Shown here one piece after another: positions 1 to 8,459 of a stretch of 57,711 nt of DNA; the first letter of the stretch is position 1; each line of letters opens with the position of its first letter. Origin of the DNA: Candidatus Omnitrophota bacterium (lineage in GTDB: Bacteria > Omnitrophota > Gorgyraeia > Zapsychrales > Fredricksoniimonadaceae); NCBI GenBank assembly GCA_015233675.1, contig JADFXH010000012.1, forward strand, positions 1 to 57,711, given 5' to 3'. Below the pieces are notes generated by a model. The model searched no databases. It had not been told where the DNA came from and saw only the letters and a program-made list of their open reading frames with translations. A program made the translations under genes and the position numbers.

Positions 1-35
1 CGAATAAAGGACACGCACCCTCTTCTCCCAAGATC

Positions 36-593
36 GTGATTATTTCCGGCCCCTCGGGATGCGGCAAGACAACCCTGCATAAAGAGTTATTGACAATCCC
101 TCAGTTAAAGGGAATATTAGTCAAAAGCATCTCAGCCACTACCCGCAAGAAAAGACCGGGAGAGCGACATGGCAGGGAGTACTTATTTTTAAGCACAAAG
201 ACGTTTCAAGAGAAGATAAAAAAAGGTTATTTTTTGGAGTGGGAAAAGGTTTTTGATCATTATTACGGGACGCCCAAAAAACAGGCGGTAACACTGCTTA
301 AAAAAGGCATTAATGTCCTTTTATGTATTGATGTCAAGGGAGCAAAGTCCGTGGCCCAAGAGTTTCCTCATTCTTTGAAAATTTTTATCAAAGCCCCTTC
401 AATGAAAGTCTTAGGAGAACGCCTTAAGGCAAGAGGTTCTGAAAACAAAGAGAGCTTGGGACTGCGTTTAAAAACAGCCCGTAGAGAACTCAAAGAAGCT
501 AAGAGATATGATCATGTTCTTATCAACGCGGACTTAAAGAAAGCCCTGGATGCTCTGCAGCGTATTGTTTGCCGTGACCTAGGGATTAATTGA
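36..593 (+). CDS. gmk: Guanylate kinase (frame is open to the window edge, so the true start may lie upstream)
   Basis: P-loop ISGPSGCGKTT, SISATTRKKRPGE, FLEW..VFDHYYGT; precedes rpoZ. Confidence 0.95.
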   Translation: MIISGPSGCGKTTLHKELLTIPQLKGILVKSISATTRKKRPGERHGREYLFLSTKTFQEKIKKGYFLEWEKVFDHYYGTPKKQAVTLLKKGINVLLCIDVKGAKSVAQEFPHSLKIFIKAPSMKVLGERLKARGSENKESLGLRLKTARRELKEAKRYDHVLINADLKKALDALQRIVCRDLGIN

Positions 594-618
594 CAATCTC
601 CTTCGGATATGTTATAAA
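590..618 (+). promoter_or_regulatory. Sigma70-type promoter upstream of rpoZ
   Basis: TTGACA (590-595), 17 nt spacer, TATAAA (613-618) preceded by TGn. Confidence 0.6.
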
Positions 619-753
619 AAAGGTTTTCCTGCAATACTAGGACAAAGGAAATCCGGACGGATTTTAAATACAGGAAATTTTTATTTTTTAATAGAATTTT
701 AATGGAACAAAACCTGATTAAAAAGGTTTAATAACAATAGAGGGAGTATGCAC

Positions 754-1002
754 ATGGCGTATCAACCGCTCGAAGAATTATTGCCCAAGGCAAGCATGAG
801 TGTTTATCGTTTGGTCCGTTTGGCTTCAATGCGTGCCACTGAATTGGCATCAACCGGCGTAAGACTGGTCAATGTTCCTGCCGAACAGAAATTAGCGACG
901 ACAGCATTAGATGAAATCAGGGCAGGGAAGGTTGTTGAAAAAGGCGGAGATATCTTTACTGCGTATCAAGAAGGAAAAGATAAAAAGAATGCCAAGTCCT
1001 AA
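754..1002 (+). CDS. rpoZ: RNA polymerase omega subunit
   Basis: SVYRLVRLASMRATEL...KLATTALDEIRAGKV; gmk-rpoZ-coaBC synteny; start 748 or 754. Confidence 0.85.
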   Translation: MAYQPLEELLPKASMSVYRLVRLASMRATELASTGVRLVNVPAEQKLATTALDEIRAGKVVEKGGDIFTAYQEGKDKKNAKS

Positions 1003-1525
1003 AGTCAAAGAGGTAGTTTTAGGCGTCTGCGGCAGTATTGCGGCGTATAAGGCGGGGGATATCATCCGCCGGCTCAAAGATAATCATTGCGACGTGACTG
1101 TGATCATGACCAAGGAGGCGGCGCAATTTATAACGCCGCTGACACTGGCTTCTTTATCTGGCAGAAATGTTTATAGCGGCATGTTTGATAAAGACTCCAG
1201 TCCAATGGCCCATATTGAACTTGCTCGCAGCGCGGAGATTATTCTTATCGCACCGGCGACAGCCAATGTGATAGGGAAATTAGCCAACGGCTTGGCCGAT
1301 GATTTGCTGACAACCTTCGTGACAACTTCCAGAGCTGAGGTTTTTATAGCTCCCGCGATGAATGATGCAATGTATGCAAATCAAATTGTCAGGGATAACT
1401 GCGCCAAGCTTAAGAAGTATGGATTTAAATTTATTGAGCCCGTGAAAGGGAAATTAGCCTGCGGCACTGTCGGTGTCGGCCATTTGGCAGAAGTCGAAGA
1501 CATTATAAAGGCAATCCTAAAGTAA
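989..1525 (+). CDS. coaC: Phosphopantothenoylcysteine decarboxylase (flavoprotein domain only)
   Basis: VLGVCGSIAAYKA, APATANVIGKLANGLADDLL, APAMN, GKLACG; ATG at 989; no CoaB domain follows. Confidence 0.85.
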   Translation: MPSPKVKEVVLGVCGSIAAYKAGDIIRRLKDNHCDVTVIMTKEAAQFITPLTLASLSGRNVYSGMFDKDSSPMAHIELARSAEIILIAPATANVIGKLANGLADDLLTTFVTTSRAEVFIAPAMNDAMYANQIVRDNCAKLKKYGFKFIEPVKGKLACGTVGVGHLAEVEDIIKAILK

Positions 1526-1552
1526 TAATTGAAGTATGACAGTTTTAGGAGT

Positions 1553-1627
1553 GGCGTGGTAGCCAAGTGGTAAGGCAGTGGTCTGCAAAACCACTATTCA
1601 GCGGTTCGATTCCGCTCCACGCCTCCA
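1553..1627 (+). tRNA. tRNA-Cys(GCA)
   Basis: Acceptor GGCGTGG/CCACGCC, anticodon arm gtggt-ctGCAaa-accac, TTCGA loop, encoded CCA. Confidence 0.95.
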
Positions 1628-1661
1628 AAATAGAGCGGTATGTCTAAATTGAGGGAATCTG

Positions 1662-1745
1662 GGGCGGGTGGCGGAATAGGTATACGCGCAGGACTTAAAA
1701 TCCTGTGACCGTAAGGTCATGAGGGTTCAATTCCCTCCCCGCCCA
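1662..1745 (+). tRNA. tRNA-Leu(TAA)
   Basis: Acceptor GGGCGGG/CCCGCCC, cagga-ctTAAaa-tcctg, long variable arm, TTCAA; CCA not encoded. Confidence 0.92.
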
Positions 1746-1787
1746 TATTTAAATTTTTTAAGCATTTGTGAGAAAAGAGGATGGGAC

Positions 1788-1864
1788 GGACCCGTAGCTC
1801 AGTTGGTTAGAGCGTTTCCTTGACATGGAAAAGGTCACAAGTTCGAGTCTTGTCGGGTCCACCA
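1788..1864 (+). tRNA. tRNA-Val(GAC)
   Basis: Acceptor GGACCCG/CGGGTCC, tttcc-ttGACat-ggaaa, TTCGA, CCA. Confidence 0.95.
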
Positions 1865-1868
1865 GATT

Positions 1869-3599
1869 ATGGAATACAACAGAGACATAGATAAATTAAG
1901 ACACACGTGCGCGCATGTTATGGCCCAGGCAGTGCAAGAGCTCTGGCCGCAGACAAAGGTCACGATAGGGCCCGCCATTGATACGGGGTTTTATTATGAT
2001 TTCGATAAAAAAGAACCTTTCACTGACGAGGATTTACGAAAAATCGAAAAGGCCATGGCCCGTATTATACAGAGGAATGTTCCTCTGACAAGAGTCAGCA
2101 TGCCTCGAGAAGAGGCTAAGAAATTTTTTGCCGCGGCCAATGAAACGTACAAGCTTGAGCTGATCGACGGCATTGCCGACCAGGAAGTGTCTATTTATAA
2201 GACAGGCGATGAGTTCTCCGATTTGTGCAAAGGACCCCATGTGGCTTCAACGGGGATGATTAAAGCCTTTAAATTGCTTTCAGTTGCAGGGGCATATTGG
2301 CGCGGTGACGAAAAAAAACCGATGCTTCAGCGTATTTACGGCACGGCATTTTTTACACAAAAAGAGCTTGATGAGTATTTAAAAATGGTTGAAGAGGCTT
2401 CAAAGCGCGACCATCGCAAAATCGCCACCCAGCTTGATCTTTTTCATATTTATCACGACACCGCCGGAGCAGGGCTTATTTTTTATCATCCTAATGGTGC
2501 CATGCTTCGTAAAGTCATCGAAGATTATGCAAAAACACAGCATTTAAAGCGAGGCTATCAGCTGGTCATGACGCCCAACATTTTAAAGGGCAAGCTTTGG
2601 GAAGTCTCCGGACACGCGGAGAATTACCGCGAAAACATGTATTATTTTAAAGTTGACGACGAGGATTATGCAGTCAAGCCCATGAACTGCCCGGGACATA
2701 TACTTATTTATAAATCCCAGACACGTTCTTATCGCGATTTGCCCATCCGTTATTTTGAGCTGGGGACGGTTTACCGTCAGGAAAAGGCAGGGGTCCTGCA
2801 TGGGCTTTTACGTGTTCGTGGATTTACCCAGGACGATGCCCATATTTTCCTGCGTCCGGACCAGATCAAAAATGAGGTCATTGATGTTATTAATTTTGTT
2901 TTTGATACCATGAATGATTTTGGTTTTCATGACCTGCATATTGAATTGTCCACAAGGCCTGAAAAATTTATGGGCAGCATCGCAAATTGGGACAAAGCCA
3001 CTGCCGCCCTAAAAGACGCCCTGGACACCAAGGGTTTAAAATATGATATTAATGAAGGGGACGGGGCTTTTTACGGTCCGAAGATAGATATCAAATTAAA
3101 AGATGCCATTGGCCGCCAATGGCAGTGCGGAACGATCCAGTGCGATTTCTTTTTGCCTGAACGCTTTGAGCTTAATTATGTGGATGAAACGGGCGCTCAA
3201 GCGCCGCTCGTTATGCTGCACCGGGCGATTTTAGGAAGCCTGGAAAGATTTATCGGAACTCTGATCGAGCATTACGCGGGCAACTTTCCTTTGTGGCTTG
3301 CCCCCAATCAGGTGGCGGTCATTCCTATTAAAAATGAGCATCAAAATTTTGCGATGCAAATTAAAAAAGTTTTGCAGCAGGCAGACATCAGAGTTGTCGT
3401 CGATGATCGTAACGAATCTTTGTCCAAACGTATCCGAGAGGCTTCGGTTAAAAAGATACCTTATCAGATTGTTATAGGCGATAAAGAAGTGCAATCCTCA
3501 CAGGTGGCTGTGCGTCTGCAAAATGGCAGTGATTTAGGGGCCATGAGCCCGGATGCCCTGCTGGGGCTTCTCAAGCAGCAGATTATTGACAAGAAATAG
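1869..3599 (+). CDS. thrS: Threonyl-tRNA synthetase (lacks N-terminal TGS domain)
   Basis: LRHTCAHVMAQA, DLCKGPH, RDHRK, KPMNCPGH, GAFYGPKID, MLHRAILGSLERF. Confidence 0.97.
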   Translation: MEYNRDIDKLRHTCAHVMAQAVQELWPQTKVTIGPAIDTGFYYDFDKKEPFTDEDLRKIEKAMARIIQRNVPLTRVSMPREEAKKFFAAANETYKLELIDGIADQEVSIYKTGDEFSDLCKGPHVASTGMIKAFKLLSVAGAYWRGDEKKPMLQRIYGTAFFTQKELDEYLKMVEEASKRDHRKIATQLDLFHIYHDTAGAGLIFYHPNGAMLRKVIEDYAKTQHLKRGYQLVMTPNILKGKLWEVSGHAENYRENMYYFKVDDEDYAVKPMNCPGHILIYKSQTRSYRDLPIRYFELGTVYRQEKAGVLHGLLRVRGFTQDDAHIFLRPDQIKNEVIDVINFVFDTMNDFGFHDLHIELSTRPEKFMGSIANWDKATAALKDALDTKGLKYDINEGDGAFYGPKIDIKLKDAIGRQWQCGTIQCDFFLPERFELNYVDETGAQAPLVMLHRAILGSLERFIGTLIEHYAGNFPLWLAPNQVAVIPIKNEHQNFAMQIKKVLQQADIRVVVDDRNESLSKRIREASVKKIPYQIVIGDKEVQSSQVAVRLQNGSDLGAMSPDALLGLLKQQIIDKK

Positions 3600-3673
3600 A
3601 ATTTAGAGATAATAGAGCGCTCTTTATAATAAGAGCTATATGTTTAATTAATCGCATACAAGGAGGGTTAACT

Positions 3674-4189
3674 ATTTTAAAGAACATACGGATCAACAAT
3701 CAAATTCGTTCCAAAGAAGTCAGGGTGATCGGCCCTAATTCTGAACAGCTGGGAGTGGTGAACATTAACAGGGCCTTGGAGCTGGCTACTGAATACGGGC
3801 TTGATTTGATTGAGGTGGCTCCCACCGCGGCCCCCCCTGTATGCAGGATTATAGACTTTAGTAAATACAAATATGACCAGCAGAAAAAAGAACGCAAGGT
3901 CAAAAAGCACCAGCATGTGACGCACTTAAAACAAATCAGGATCAAGCCCCACATCGATGATCATGATTTGGAAACAAAAATGCGCCAGGCCATTGCTTTT
4001 TTGACCAAGAAAGACAAAGTTAAAATTAACATGATGTTTCAGGGCAGGGAGATGAGTTTTCGCGATCAATGGAAAGCGGTTTTGGAAAAAGTCGTAGCGG
4101 CCACCGCCGAGTTCGCCATTGTTGAAAAGGCCCCCATAGCGGAGGGGCGTATTGTTTCCATGGTTTTGTCACCTAAATCAGAAAAATGA
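3674..4189 (+). CDS. infC: Translation initiation factor IF-3 with ATT start codon
   Basis: AGGAGG at 3661-3666, in-frame ATT at 3674 giving ILKNIRINNQIRSKEVRVI; APPVCRIIDFSKYKY. Confidence 0.92.
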   Translation: MLKNIRINNQIRSKEVRVIGPNSEQLGVVNINRALELATEYGLDLIEVAPTAAPPVCRIIDFSKYKYDQQKKERKVKKHQHVTHLKQIRIKPHIDDHDLETKMRQAIAFLTKKDKVKINMMFQGREMSFRDQWKAVLEKVVAATAEFAIVEKAPIAEGRIVSMVLSPKSEK

Positions 4190-4255
4190 TACCTGTTTCC
4201 TTGGGAGGGTCATCCTGAGAATATAAGCGAAGGAATTTTTGAAAGGTATAAGGAT

Positions 4256-4468
4256 ATGGCAAAAAAAATAAAATTGAAAACCAAAAAAGCTGCGGCCAAA
4301 CGCTTGCGCATGACTAAAAGCGGTCTATTGAAAAAGCGTAATGCCGGACGTCAGCATATTTTGGGTAAAAAAACACGAAAACATAAACGTCAGTTACGCC
4401 ACAGCGGATACGTATCATCGACGGACGCCAAGCGTATAAGAAAGGTGTTGCCGTATGGTACGCATTAA
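4256..4468 (+). CDS. rpmI: 50S ribosomal protein L35
   Basis: KLKTKKAAAKRLRMTKSG...HILGKK; between infC and rplT. Confidence 0.93.
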   Translation: MAKKIKLKTKKAAAKRLRMTKSGLLKKRNAGRQHILGKKTRKHKRQLRHSGYVSSTDAKRIRKVLPYGTH

Positions 4469-4844
4469 AACAAATGTTTACTCCCATAAGCGTAAAAAAC
4501 GCGTTTTAAAGGAAGCCAAGGGCCAATTTGGCGATCGCAGCAAACGTTATAAAGAAGCCATCAAGTCATTGATCGGGTCCCGCCAATACGCGTATTTCGA
4601 TCGCAAGAAGAAAAAAAGCGAATACAGGAGCCTGTGGATCATCCGGTTAAACGCGGCCTGCCGCGAATCAGGGATTACCTACAGCCGTTTTGTCAGCGGA
4701 CTTAAAGCGGCGAACATCACCCTTGATCGCAAGGTTTTGGCGGATCTGGCAGTAACACAGCCGGAAGTTTTTGCCCAGATAGTTGAGAAGGCGAAAATAT
4801 TAAAGCCTAAATTGGCAACTAAAAAAACAGCCAAGAAAGAATAG
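4455..4844 (+). CDS. rplT: 50S ribosomal protein L20
   Basis: MVRIK...YAYFDRKKKKSEYRSLWIIRLNAACR...LDRKVLADLA. Confidence 0.95.
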   Translation: MVRIKTNVYSHKRKKRVLKEAKGQFGDRSKRYKEAIKSLIGSRQYAYFDRKKKKSEYRSLWIIRLNAACRESGITYSRFVSGLKAANITLDRKVLADLAVTQPEVFAQIVEKAKILKPKLATKKTAKKE

Positions 4845-4875
4845 TCGCGGGAATATTGTTTTTATGTTTTTGAGA

Positions 4876-4904
4876 TGCCCCGCTAAAAAGGCGGGGCAAT
4901 CTTT
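4876..4904 (+). terminator. GC-rich hairpin after rplT, possible intrinsic terminator
   Basis: tgccccgc-taaaaag-gcggggca followed by atctttt. Confidence 0.45.
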
Positions 4905-4917
4905 TAATAAGGCCTCT

Positions 4918-5931
4918 ATGCAGTGGAATTTTCAAGATATATATGATCAAGCCCAAGTTGAGTCTCAGGCAGTTGACAGCCCTCAGGCATTGGAAACTTT
5001 TCGTCTTAAATATTTAGGCAAAAAAGGCCTGGTCGCCGCTATTTTTGCTTCTTTGGCCAGCGCACAGTCAGGCGATAAAGCAGCCATAGGCAAGGGGGCT
5101 AATGATTTACGCGGCCTGGTTGAACGGCTGATCGCAGAGAAATCCGCGATTATCAGCACGGCTAAAATTTTTGAGGAACAGGTGGATGTTTCTTTACCCG
5201 GAACCGGAGAGACGTTGGGGCACACGCATATTTTAACCCAAACCATGCAGGAGATCATTTCGGTTTTTGAGCAGATGGGTTTTGTGACTATTGAGACACC
5301 GGAAATAGAAACAGAATTCCATAATTTTACGGGATTAAACATTCCCATCGACCATCCCTCCAGGGACGCATTTGATACTTTTTATTTAGATGCCCAAGAC
5401 CCTTCGGCAACGGGACGCCGCCTTTTGCTGCGCAGCCATACCTCTCCCGGGCAGGTGAGGATCATGAAACAAAACAAGCCGCCTATGGCGGTGATTGTTC
5501 CGGGCCGTGTGTATCGACCCGACGCGGTAGATGCCAGCCATTCGTTTATGTTCCATCAGATAGAAGGGCTTCTGGTGGATGAAAAGGTGCAATTTTCCGA
5601 ACTTAAAGGATTATTGACGGAATTCTGCAGGCGATTTTTCGGGCCCAAGGTTATCATGCGGTTTCGTCCGCATTTTTTTCCTTTTACTGAACCATCGGCG
5701 GAAGTGGATATCAATGCCGAGGTTTTGGGGATCCAGCGCAAAAAGTGGCTGGAGATTTTAGGCTGCGGCATGGTCAATCCGAAGGTATTTAAAGAAGCGG
5801 GGTATCCCAAGAATAAATACAAAGGATTTGCTTTCGGCATGGGAGTAGAGCGCATGGCCATGCTTAAATACGGCATTAATGACATACGTTTGTTTTACGA
5901 AAATGACGTACGGTTTTTGAAACAGTTTTAG
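4918..5931 (+). CDS. pheS: Phenylalanyl-tRNA synthetase alpha subunit
   Basis: HPSRDAFDTFY, LLRSHTSPGQVR, HSFMFHQIEG, RFRPHFFPFTEPSAE, GFAFGMGVERMAM; ATG at 4918. Confidence 0.96.
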   Translation: MQWNFQDIYDQAQVESQAVDSPQALETFRLKYLGKKGLVAAIFASLASAQSGDKAAIGKGANDLRGLVERLIAEKSAIISTAKIFEEQVDVSLPGTGETLGHTHILTQTMQEIISVFEQMGFVTIETPEIETEFHNFTGLNIPIDHPSRDAFDTFYLDAQDPSATGRRLLLRSHTSPGQVRIMKQNKPPMAVIVPGRVYRPDAVDASHSFMFHQIEGLLVDEKVQFSELKGLLTEFCRRFFGPKVIMRFRPHFFPFTEPSAEVDINAEVLGIQRKKWLEILGCGMVNPKVFKEAGYPKNKYKGFAFGMGVERMAMLKYGINDIRLFYENDVRFLKQF

Positions 5932-5952
5932 TTTATTCTTGTGGAAATAAAG

Positions 5953-6139
5953 TGCAAGGCCAGGAGCATAGCATAATTATCTTCCACACGGAATATTTTT
6001 GCCGTCTGCTTCGGTTTACAACAATTTTGTTCTAAAGATTCTCTTCATTTGGAACAAAATTATTGTAAAGCCTCGCAGACTTTTGGCAAAAAATTCCCGA
6101 ATGTGTGGAAGATAATTATGCTATGCTCCTGGCCAAGCA
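5953..6139. repeat. Long stem-loop 1 in the pheS-pheT gap
   Basis: 32-bp perfect inverted repeat 5958-5989/6103-6134, with imperfect pairing continuing to a loop near 6037-6047. Confidence 0.9.
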
Positions 6140-6178
6140 ATTCTATAGATTGCTGCAACATTTATTATGATTGCATGC

Positions 6179-6410
6179 GCCGGCAATTGGTGAATTTATT
6201 GGTTCGAAGCGACTTGTCATTTTTAGGCAAAAGTTTATTGGTGTTTCGGGAATCCCGAGGCTTTTGGCCGAGGGATGTCTGAATTTGTTTGAGCCTGAAG
6301 CTTCCAGAGAAGCTGAAGGCGAGTTATTCAGACACCGAAACAACAGAAAAACTTTTGACGTTAAAAAAATGACCCAGGAGCGAGAAGCAATAAATTCACC
6401 AATTACCGGT
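6179..6410. repeat. Long branched stem-loop 2 in the pheS-pheT gap
   Basis: Arms 6179-6205/6384-6410 (17-bp perfect core), further paired blocks gtcattttt, caaaagttt, tgtttcgg, tgtctgaat/attcagaca. Confidence 0.85.
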
Positions 6411-6426
6411 GTTCTGGACAAGACAT

Positions 6427-8451
6427 ATGAAACTTTCACTAAATTGGCTTAAGGATTATATTGACACTAAGCTCTCGACTGAAGAGCTTGTTGAGCGGTT
6501 GACCATGGCGGGGCTTGAGGTGGAGGCCCTTGAGACTGTCGACGGGGATACGGTTTTGGAAATTGAAGTGACCCCCAATCGTCCGGATTGCCTGAATATT
6601 TTAGGCCTGGCGAGGGAAATTGGCGCTATTACGGGCCGGAGGGTCAGTAATCCCAAGATAAAAAATTTTAAAACAGGCGTCCTTAAGAGTTTCATCCACA
6701 TTGAAGATAAAAAAGACTGCAGCCGCTACATCGCAACGACGATCCGTGATGTAAATATTACGGACGCGCCCCTTGAAATGAAAAAGCGCTTGGCTTCTCT
6801 GGGATTAAATGCGATCAATAACGCGGTCGATATTACTAATTTTGTTTTGATGGAAACGGGACAGCCGCTGCATGCATTTGATTTTGACAAATTAGCCGGC
6901 GGAAAAATAAATATACGCCGGGCCGCAGACGGTGAAAGTATTGTTACGCTCGACGGTATTGAGAGAAAATTGGACCCTTCCATTTTAGTCATCGCGGATG
7001 CCCAAAAACCTGTGGCCATTGCCGGCATCATGGGAGGCAGGGACACACAGATTACAGCAGGCACTAAAAATATTTTGTTGGAGAGCGCGCATTTTGACAT
7101 GGGCCTTATACGGCGCGCTTGCCGCACCCTGGGGCTTCGCAGCGATTCTTCTTATCGATTTGAACGCAATGTTAATTTTGAAGGAGTTTTAACGGGGGCC
7201 AACCGGGCGGCGGACCTATTAGAGAAGTTAACGGGAGGGTATGTATGCGGGCGCAGTGAGATTTCAGGCAGAGCTCCAAATATTGCCGCTAAAGTAAAAA
7301 TTAAGGTTTCAGAGATAGAATCTTTGCTGGGAGTCCAGATAACCCCTCTTCAAGTTAAAGGATGGCTTAGCAGATTAGGATTTAGGGTTAGTCTTAAGGC
7401 TGGCAATTTGACGGTGACGGCCCCGGATAACCGCGCGGATATTGCGCAAGAAGCGGATGTGATCGAAGAGATCGCCCGCATGATAGGATTTGACCGTCTG
7501 CCTTCCAGCCTTCCTATGATCAGAACGATCAATATTGCCGCGGATAAAAGACCGCGTGAGATTAAGGACAAGATCCGCCGGATATTAACAGCAGGAGGCC
7601 TTGATGAGACCATAACGCTTTCGATGCTTAATAGTAAATCATTAGTTAAAAGCAACATGGCTGACCTGCCAACGGTACGGATTTTTAACCCTCTTAGCCA
7701 GGACCAGGAGCTGATGCGTCCAAGCCTGCTTCCGTCTTTGCTGCAGGTGGTGTTGATGAATATTAACCGCGGACAAAAAGATTTACGGCTTTTTGAAATC
7801 GGCAAACGTTATTTTATTGATACAGAAAAAGAGACACTGGGAATTTTAATGACCGGCCGGCGTACTCATGACTGGCGCTCGCCTAAAAAAGAAGGGATAG
7901 AATTTTTTGATTTAAAAGGCGTTATGGAGGGCATTTTTAAGAATATTGGCACATACGCTGTTTATGAAAAAATCCAAATGCCGGCGTTTGACACTGCCTG
8001 TGCGGCGGCTATCATCGTTGGCGGAAAACAAATGGGGATTTTGGGCAAAATCGAGCGAAAGGTTTTGAATAATTGGGACATCAAGAACCATGATGTTTAT
8101 TTTGCCGAATTGTATTTAGAGGAGATTATCTCCCTGCCGGTCAAACCTTTGAAATACCAGCCTATTTCAGAATTCCCTGCCATTGTAAGAGATGTTTCAT
8201 TAGCTGTTAAAAAGGAAATTCCGTACAAAAAGATAGAAGAGGCCTGCCTGCGGCAGGGGGGAGATATTTTAAGATCCGTGCAGTTTATTGAGCAGTATTT
8301 AGGGGACAAGATCCAATCCGGTTATAAAGGCATCGTTTTTTCCTGCCAGTATCAATCCAGCGCTAAAACCCTGCGCGAAGACGAAGTTTCCGCAGTACAC
8401 GAGCACATCGTACAAGCGCTTATCAGCGAGCTTGCCGCGATCCGTCGATAA
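6427..8451 (+). CDS. pheT: Phenylalanyl-tRNA synthetase beta subunit (no B2 tRNA-binding OB fold)
   Basis: MKLSLNWLKDY, EIEVTPNRPDCL, GQPLHAFD, SDSSYRFER, FPAIVRDVS; ATG at 6427. Confidence 0.95.
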   Translation: MKLSLNWLKDYIDTKLSTEELVERLTMAGLEVEALETVDGDTVLEIEVTPNRPDCLNILGLAREIGAITGRRVSNPKIKNFKTGVLKSFIHIEDKKDCSRYIATTIRDVNITDAPLEMKKRLASLGLNAINNAVDITNFVLMETGQPLHAFDFDKLAGGKINIRRAADGESIVTLDGIERKLDPSILVIADAQKPVAIAGIMGGRDTQITAGTKNILLESAHFDMGLIRRACRTLGLRSDSSYRFERNVNFEGVLTGANRAADLLEKLTGGYVCGRSEISGRAPNIAAKVKIKVSEIESLLGVQITPLQVKGWLSRLGFRVSLKAGNLTVTAPDNRADIAQEADVIEEIARMIGFDRLPSSLPMIRTINIAADKRPREIKDKIRRILTAGGLDETITLSMLNSKSLVKSNMADLPTVRIFNPLSQDQELMRPSLLPSLLQVVLMNINRGQKDLRLFEIGKRYFIDTEKETLGILMTGRRTHDWRSPKKEGIEFFDLKGVMEGIFKNIGTYAVYEKIQMPAFDTACAAAIIVGGKQMGILGKIERKVLNNWDIKNHDVYFAELYLEEIISLPVKPLKYQPISEFPAIVRDVSLAVKKEIPYKKIEEACLRQGGDILRSVQFIEQYLGDKIQSGYKGIVFSCQYQSSAKTLREDEVSAVHEHIVQALISELAAIRR

Positions 8452-8459
8452 AACAAGGT

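Noticed and set aside
911-988. Extended start of coaC
   Set aside because: It overlaps rpoZ by 92 nt; homology begins after ATG 989
1381-1566. Minus-strand 61-aa ORF
   Set aside because: Antisense shadow of coaC and tRNA-Cys
5932-6426. pheS-pheT hairpins as 6S RNA or a T-box
   Set aside because: A better 6S candidate with conserved motifs lies at 11053-11208; no T-box AAGGTGG...ACC signature, and the position is wrong
6049-6452. ORFs 6049..6282, 6143..6439 and 6171..6452 as genes
   Set aside because: The plus and minus ORFs mirror each other (IGEFI.S) because of the palindrome; no protein motifs or good RBS
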